The notes below the pieces were generated by a model. That model did no database searches and was not told the origin of the DNA. It saw only the letters and a list, made by a program, of their open reading frames with translations. From the NCBI GenBank assembly GCA_963710755.1, contig CAVQBK010000003.1, positions 1,088,001 to 1,152,000 of the forward strand: a DNA stretch of 64,000 nucleotides. Reading direction: 5' to 3'. Made by a program: the position numbers and the translations under genes. This DNA is from an uncultured bacterium. GTDB lineage: Bacteria; Oederibacteriota; JAAXVQ01; JAUVAV01. Below are positions 60,018 through 64,000 of the stretch, piece after piece (positions within the stretch are counted from its first letter, which is position 1; each line of letters opens with the position of its first letter).

Positions 60018-60956
60018 TTAAACATCAGGGCGTCGTGGAAACGACTCGGTCTTACGGATGACTTGCTGAGCCGCGCCGCGCGGTGCCAGCCAACCCTGGT
60101 AAAAAGCAATGCTGCCCAAGGCCAGGGCTATGCCTAACAATTGTCGCAGCTGCAAAGGTTCATTAAAAAACAACCGACCCCATATAATCGCCAACAGTGG
60201 TTGCAACAATAGCAGCAGGCTGCCCTGATGCCCCGGCATTCTGACAATCGTAGCCTGAATCAGAAGCCATCCTGCCACTTGGGCCACCAGGGCCATGGCC
60301 AGCATGATGAGATAATCGCGGCGGCCATATCCCAGCAGGTGGCCGTTTTCCACCACCAGCAAATAAGTGCCGATAAGCACGGCGGCGGTGAGCATGATCA
60401 GAAACAAGTTAATTACTTCCGGAAAAGCGCCGGGGCCTCGGTCATGGGCCATGCGCAATCCCATCAGGAAGCCGGCGTAGGTCAACCCCACCAGCACGCC
60501 CATGATCAGACCATGCATCGATGTGCCCGCCGGCAGACGCTCGGGTATGGCCCAGTAGAGACCGAGGAACACCAGAGGCATCAGCAGCCAAAACAAGGGA
60601 TGCACTTTTTCTTTGAAAAAGAAAATCATAAACAGGCTCACGAATATCACCTGGGAATTGCCCAGCAAGGTAGCCGGGCCGGCTCCCAGCATAATGATGG
60701 TTTTGTGCCATAAAATTAAATCGACAGCCAAGAACAAACCGGCCAGCAATGGCCACCCGGCCCAAGACCAGGAGAAAGCACGACTATGCTTTTTAAAGCC
60801 AGGGATCATGATCAGTCCCAACAGGCAGGCGGCATTAAATGTTCGGTAAAAGGCACTCACTGTCGGCGGGACAGACACCCATTTGACAAACACCGGCGAA
60901 AAACTGATAGCCAGGACGCCCACTAAGAATTTAAATAATAACCAGTTGGGTCTCAT
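60018..60956 (-). CDS. EamA/DMT family transporter
   Basis: About 10 TM helices in two repeats; FFKEK and FFNEP. Confidence 0.88.
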   Translation of the reverse strand: MRPNWLLFKFLVGVLAISFSPVFVKWVSVPPTVSAFYRTFNAACLLGLIMIPGFKKHSRAFSWSWAGWPLLAGLFLAVDLILWHKTIIMLGAGPATLLGNSQVIFVSLFMIFFFKEKVHPLFWLLMPLVFLGLYWAIPERLPAGTSMHGLIMGVLVGLTYAGFLMGLRMAHDRGPGAFPEVINLFLIMLTAAVLIGTYLLVVENGHLLGYGRRDYLIMLAMALVAQVAGWLLIQATIVRMPGHQGSLLLLLQPLLAIIWGRLFFNEPLQLRQLLGIALALGSIAFYQGWLAPRGAAQQVIRKTESFPRRPDV

Positions 60957-61385
60957 CCTGTTCCTTTCATTTTTGCGGCAACAATAGACTAAATGGTTGC
61001 TTGGGGCAAATGAAAATATTAGCGCATGCAGGGAATGACCAATGTCGTAAAGGGGAAGGCGGCTTTCCCGGTGTCCTAGTGGTCTGGCGGTCTTGTAACC
61101 AACAGCAGCCCTATCAATGTGCCCCTACGCCGGCCGTCGGGAATATTCTGGTTGGGCGATAACAATATTGACTAAAAGAAAAAAAAGTACGCCCAATGCT
61201 AGCAGGCTGGCATGATCAACCATGATGACTGCCAGACGATGGATTGGTTACAACCAAGGCGCAGGAAGAATAAGGTTGGGACCAGGGGCACGATCTCTGA
61301 CCAATCCAGCTGCAAAGACGGTGTCGCTCACTCATTTCTTTTTTAACCGGCAAGTTAATAGGGTCGCTGTAGGACCAGCCCCGGA

Positions 61386-62084
61386 TTACCGGAAAAGGTG
61401 AACGCCGCCATCATTACCTTTGGAATATGAAAGCGGCATGCCGCAGAGCATGCCGCTTTCATATAATCCGGTCTTGGGGAGGTTTCCAATTACAAGGTGA
61501 TCTTCAGAGGCTTTTCTTTTAGCATGATACATTTTAAAGTTATTCTCATTCCCCATGGCCAGTAAAAGGAAATAAGGTTGTCCCGGTGTTAACAGAAGGT
61601 CTTGGCCTTCTTTGTCATTGGCCAAAGGCAGAGTGAACTTCAATATTGTTTCACCGCCTAGCTCCTCCCCGGAAACCTTGGTCAGGTTCTGAATTTTATC
61701 TTTCTCGTGATGATGACCTTGTGCATAACTGTCGCGAATGGCCACTTGATTATTTTCGATGTAACCAATCACAATATTAGCTCCATTCATGCGAGGTTGG
61801 TTGTTAAACCCAACAGCCACCCAACCCTTGGTTTTACCCGTTAAGACGCAGTCCATATGATCTTCCTGGATTTTCCATTGGAAAGTCAATCCCTCTGCTT
61901 CGGCGGATTTAAAACCTTTTTGATTAACAGCATCGGGGTTGTCTGCGCCAGGGGTAACTGTGGATGATTTGGAGACAGGGGGAGCAGTGGTAGTACTGGA
62001 TTGCGTTTCACCACCTGGACCGGAACAAGCCGCCATCAACAATAACCCAAATACTAATGACCATAGCTTTAACCATAGTTTCAT
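61386..62084 (-). CDS. DOMON-domain lipoprotein (C-terminus possibly extended by a frameshift)
   Basis: Lipobox MAAC; GWVAVGF...MNGANIVIG, final H..R. Confidence 0.8.
   Translation of the reverse strand: MKLWLKLWSLVFGLLLMAACSGPGGETQSSTTTAPPVSKSSTVTPGADNPDAVNQKGFKSAEAEGLTFQWKIQEDHMDCVLTGKTKGWVAVGFNNQPRMNGANIVIGYIENNQVAIRDSYAQGHHHEKDKIQNLTKVSGEELGGETILKFTLPLANDKEGQDLLLTPGQPYFLLLAMGNENNFKMYHAKRKASEDHLVIGNLPKTGLYESGMLCGMPLSYSKGNDGGVHLFR
61425..61464. terminator. 17-bp perfect inverted repeat (probable terminator of the DOMON gene)
   Basis: atatgaaagcggcatgc-cgcaga-gcatgccgctttcatat. Confidence 0.55.
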
Positions 62085-62749
62085 TGTTTGCCTCCGGAGA
62101 ATGAGTTAATCACCGGCTAATTATTCCAAATTTACCGATTCTGTCAATAGTTGTTATAGAGCCGAGGTGACCATCCGCAATATTAGGCAGGTTAAGTAAT
62201 AGGAGCTTGTGTTTCAACTGAACAGCTGGGGTATCTCATAAATAAATTTACATTTGGCTAAGTCGCTTTGAAACGATTTTTTTATTTCGCCACCCAGAAA
62301 GGATTAATCCGGGGTCCGCAATGATTTTGATCGATAAAATCACTGGTGGCCGGCTTAAAGCATGACGGCAGGACGTTTTTAAAAATAAATTCAAATGTAA
62401 TGAAGCGTACATTACAGGTACAAAGTTAAAGCTGGCCAAGGCAATGGCTGGCAATGACTTGAAACATCCCCATTTCTCACTGCGGCTTGCGGTTGACAGC
62501 CGGCCCATTGCGTTGGAAATCGTGACCGGCGGGGGCAGCCGGAAACCTCCCTTTGACATAATATTCAGTCCGGTTGATAACGGAAATTAATACACGGCGA
62601 CGAAATGCTGTACAAATTAAGCTGGACTTAAAAACATTTCGGAATTTAAGGGTTGTATAACTTTCAGGGAAAACCAGGAAATGACTATTGCTATTAAGGA
62701 ACATCCACGAAAAAAGATATTCTGGTTATCCCAATTTAATTGCCACATT

Positions 62750-62766
62750 TTGGCATATAGCTTGCT
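62750..62766 (+). promoter_or_regulatory. sigma54 promoter
   Basis: TTGGCATATAGCTTGCT, near-consensus TGGCAC-N5-TTGCW. Confidence 0.7.
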
Positions 62767-62819
62767 TTATAAAAGTGTACTGGATTAAGCCATTACCTGC
62801 GGATAGAGGAGTACTAGGC

Positions 62820-62999
62820 ATGGTTAAAAACCAGCGTCCTTTATGGGATGCATTTGATGACTCTTGGCGAATGTTGGAGGACCAAATAAAGGAACTCCTT
62901 AATCGGAAAGTTTACCAAGGCCAACCACCAGCAGTGATGTCCTTCGATGGTTCCTCGCATGAAGTTTTACCTGGTGAAGTTGATGAGCCGCAAGAGTGA
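62820..62999 (+). CDS. Small hypothetical protein (59 aa)
   Basis: GAGGAG RBS, about 55 nt downstream of the sigma54 motif. Confidence 0.55.
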   Translation: MVKNQRPLWDAFDDSWRMLEDQIKELLNRKVYQGQPPAVMSFDGSSHEVLPGEVDEPQE

Positions 63000-63180
63000 G
63001 GCAAGTGTTGGGCAGTCAATGAAACTGTTATGGGCATAGGGGCGGGAATAATTAAATAACTCCGGCCAAGAGTAATTATTCTTCCCCTATTTTTCGCCAT
63101 AAAGGGGGGCTGATCTAAAGATATACTTTATCCTAGATCTGCTATGATTGCAGCCCGCCCATGGGCTTCAATGCCTCCCG

Positions 63181-63222
63181 AAAAAATACCCTCGTGGTTC
63201 CCCCCAGCGAGGGTATTTTTTT
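63181..63222. terminator. Bidirectional intrinsic terminator
   Basis: aaaaaataccctcg...cgagggtattttttt between convergent genes. Confidence 0.75.
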
Positions 63223-63226
63223 GACC

Positions 63227-63982
63227 TCATTCCTTGACGACAACAGGACTGGTAATATCAAAGTCAAATATCAGAGGCCGGTGATCGGAAAAACGGACAT
63301 CGGGCATATGAAAGCCAAGGGGCTTGATCTCCGGGCTATAAAGAATAAAGTCGATTTCCCGTTTGGGGCCGCGGCTGGGATAGGAGTAAAACCCTTTGCG
63401 GTTAGCGTTGGTCAGGCCGGTGGAGGCCAAAAACAGTTCCAGTTCCCGGACGCCGCTTAGCACATTGAAATCACCGGCCAAGATCACTGGTTTGCGAATG
63501 GTTTTAACCCGTGTATAAATGTCTTGCAGTTGTTCCTGCCGGGGGCGAAAGCGCAGGGACAGATGCACCAGCAAGATCACCACATCCTCCAGGTCCAATT
63601 CCATCATCAATCGTTTAATCCCTCTGCGAAAATAATAAAATTCCTGTTTTTGAATGCGTTTGTTGGTAAGCAACGCATTGCCCTGTTTGTTCGTGATGGG
63701 AATTTTTTGCAGCACCGAATTTTGGCTGTATTTGGATTTATACACGCAGTAATGGTTGAGTTGGCGGGCAATGATTTCTGGTTGGCACTGGTGCTTGGTT
63801 CGGCGGGAGCCACAATCGACTTCAAGCAACCCAATGACATCAGAGTTAGTGGATTTTAAAAATTGGATCAGTTTAGGGAGGCGGTGATGCGTTTTACGCA
63901 GATAGCCGCTGAAAGGCAACGGCAAATGAAAATGCCAGTCTGTGCCTGTGGCATAACGAATATTATATATAAGGAGACGCAT
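63227..63982 (-). CDS. Endonuclease/exonuclease/phosphatase family protein
   Basis: YNI, GLLEVD, GNALL, HLSL, AGDFN, IDFI, SDH. Confidence 0.9.
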   Translation of the reverse strand: MRLLIYNIRYATGTDWHFHLPLPFSGYLRKTHHRLPKLIQFLKSTNSDVIGLLEVDCGSRRTKHQCQPEIIARQLNHYCVYKSKYSQNSVLQKIPITNKQGNALLTNKRIQKQEFYYFRRGIKRLMMELDLEDVVILLVHLSLRFRPRQEQLQDIYTRVKTIRKPVILAGDFNVLSGVRELELFLASTGLTNANRKGFYSYPSRGPKREIDFILYSPEIKPLGFHMPDVRFSDHRPLIFDFDITSPVVVKE

Positions 63983-64000
63983 GGTTAAGCCCTTTCTGAT

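Noticed and set aside
62248-62704. Short minus-strand ORFs upstream of the DOMON gene
   Set aside because: No RBS or motif support; treated as non-coding

Overview
Bacterial chromosomal window, mostly core genes on the + strand. Lipid and translation-modification genes: rimO (5'-truncated), pgsA, pgpA, pyk, nnr, thiL-tsaE-tsaB-rimI and csp. The purine cluster is split as purB-purS-purQ-[2 glycosyltransferases]-purL-purF-purM and purN-purH-[PilZ]-purD-purE-[HAD-TsaC fusion]. Also present are a DinG helicase and class II nrdJ with NrdR boxes. The right third is an accessory signalling/surface region: scattered Flp/Tad genes, three paralogous PilZ proteins (two with sigma28-like promoters), a GAF/HD-GYP protein, a PAS histidine kinase, an ECF sigma/anti-sigma pair and an AT-rich tract at about 50.3-55.1 kb. 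A PorV/PorQ-OmpA fusion and a decayed T9SS-CTD-like gene suggest a diderm lineage with T9SS-like sorting (inference only). No rRNA, tRNA, CRISPR-Cas, integrase or transposase was recognised. The most notable non-coding signals are: (1) a 951-bp array of 21 near-identical 44/45-bp hairpin units inside the tsaB-rimI operon, with degenerate solo copies elsewhere in the window; (2) a candidate ~90-nt sRNA at 27.45 kb with an RpoE-type promoter, CCCUCC loops and a terminator; (3) a sigma54-driven structured leader at 32.7 kb. Four apparent +1 frameshifts may be sequencing artefacts. All assignments come from motif recognition by eye; no searches were run.
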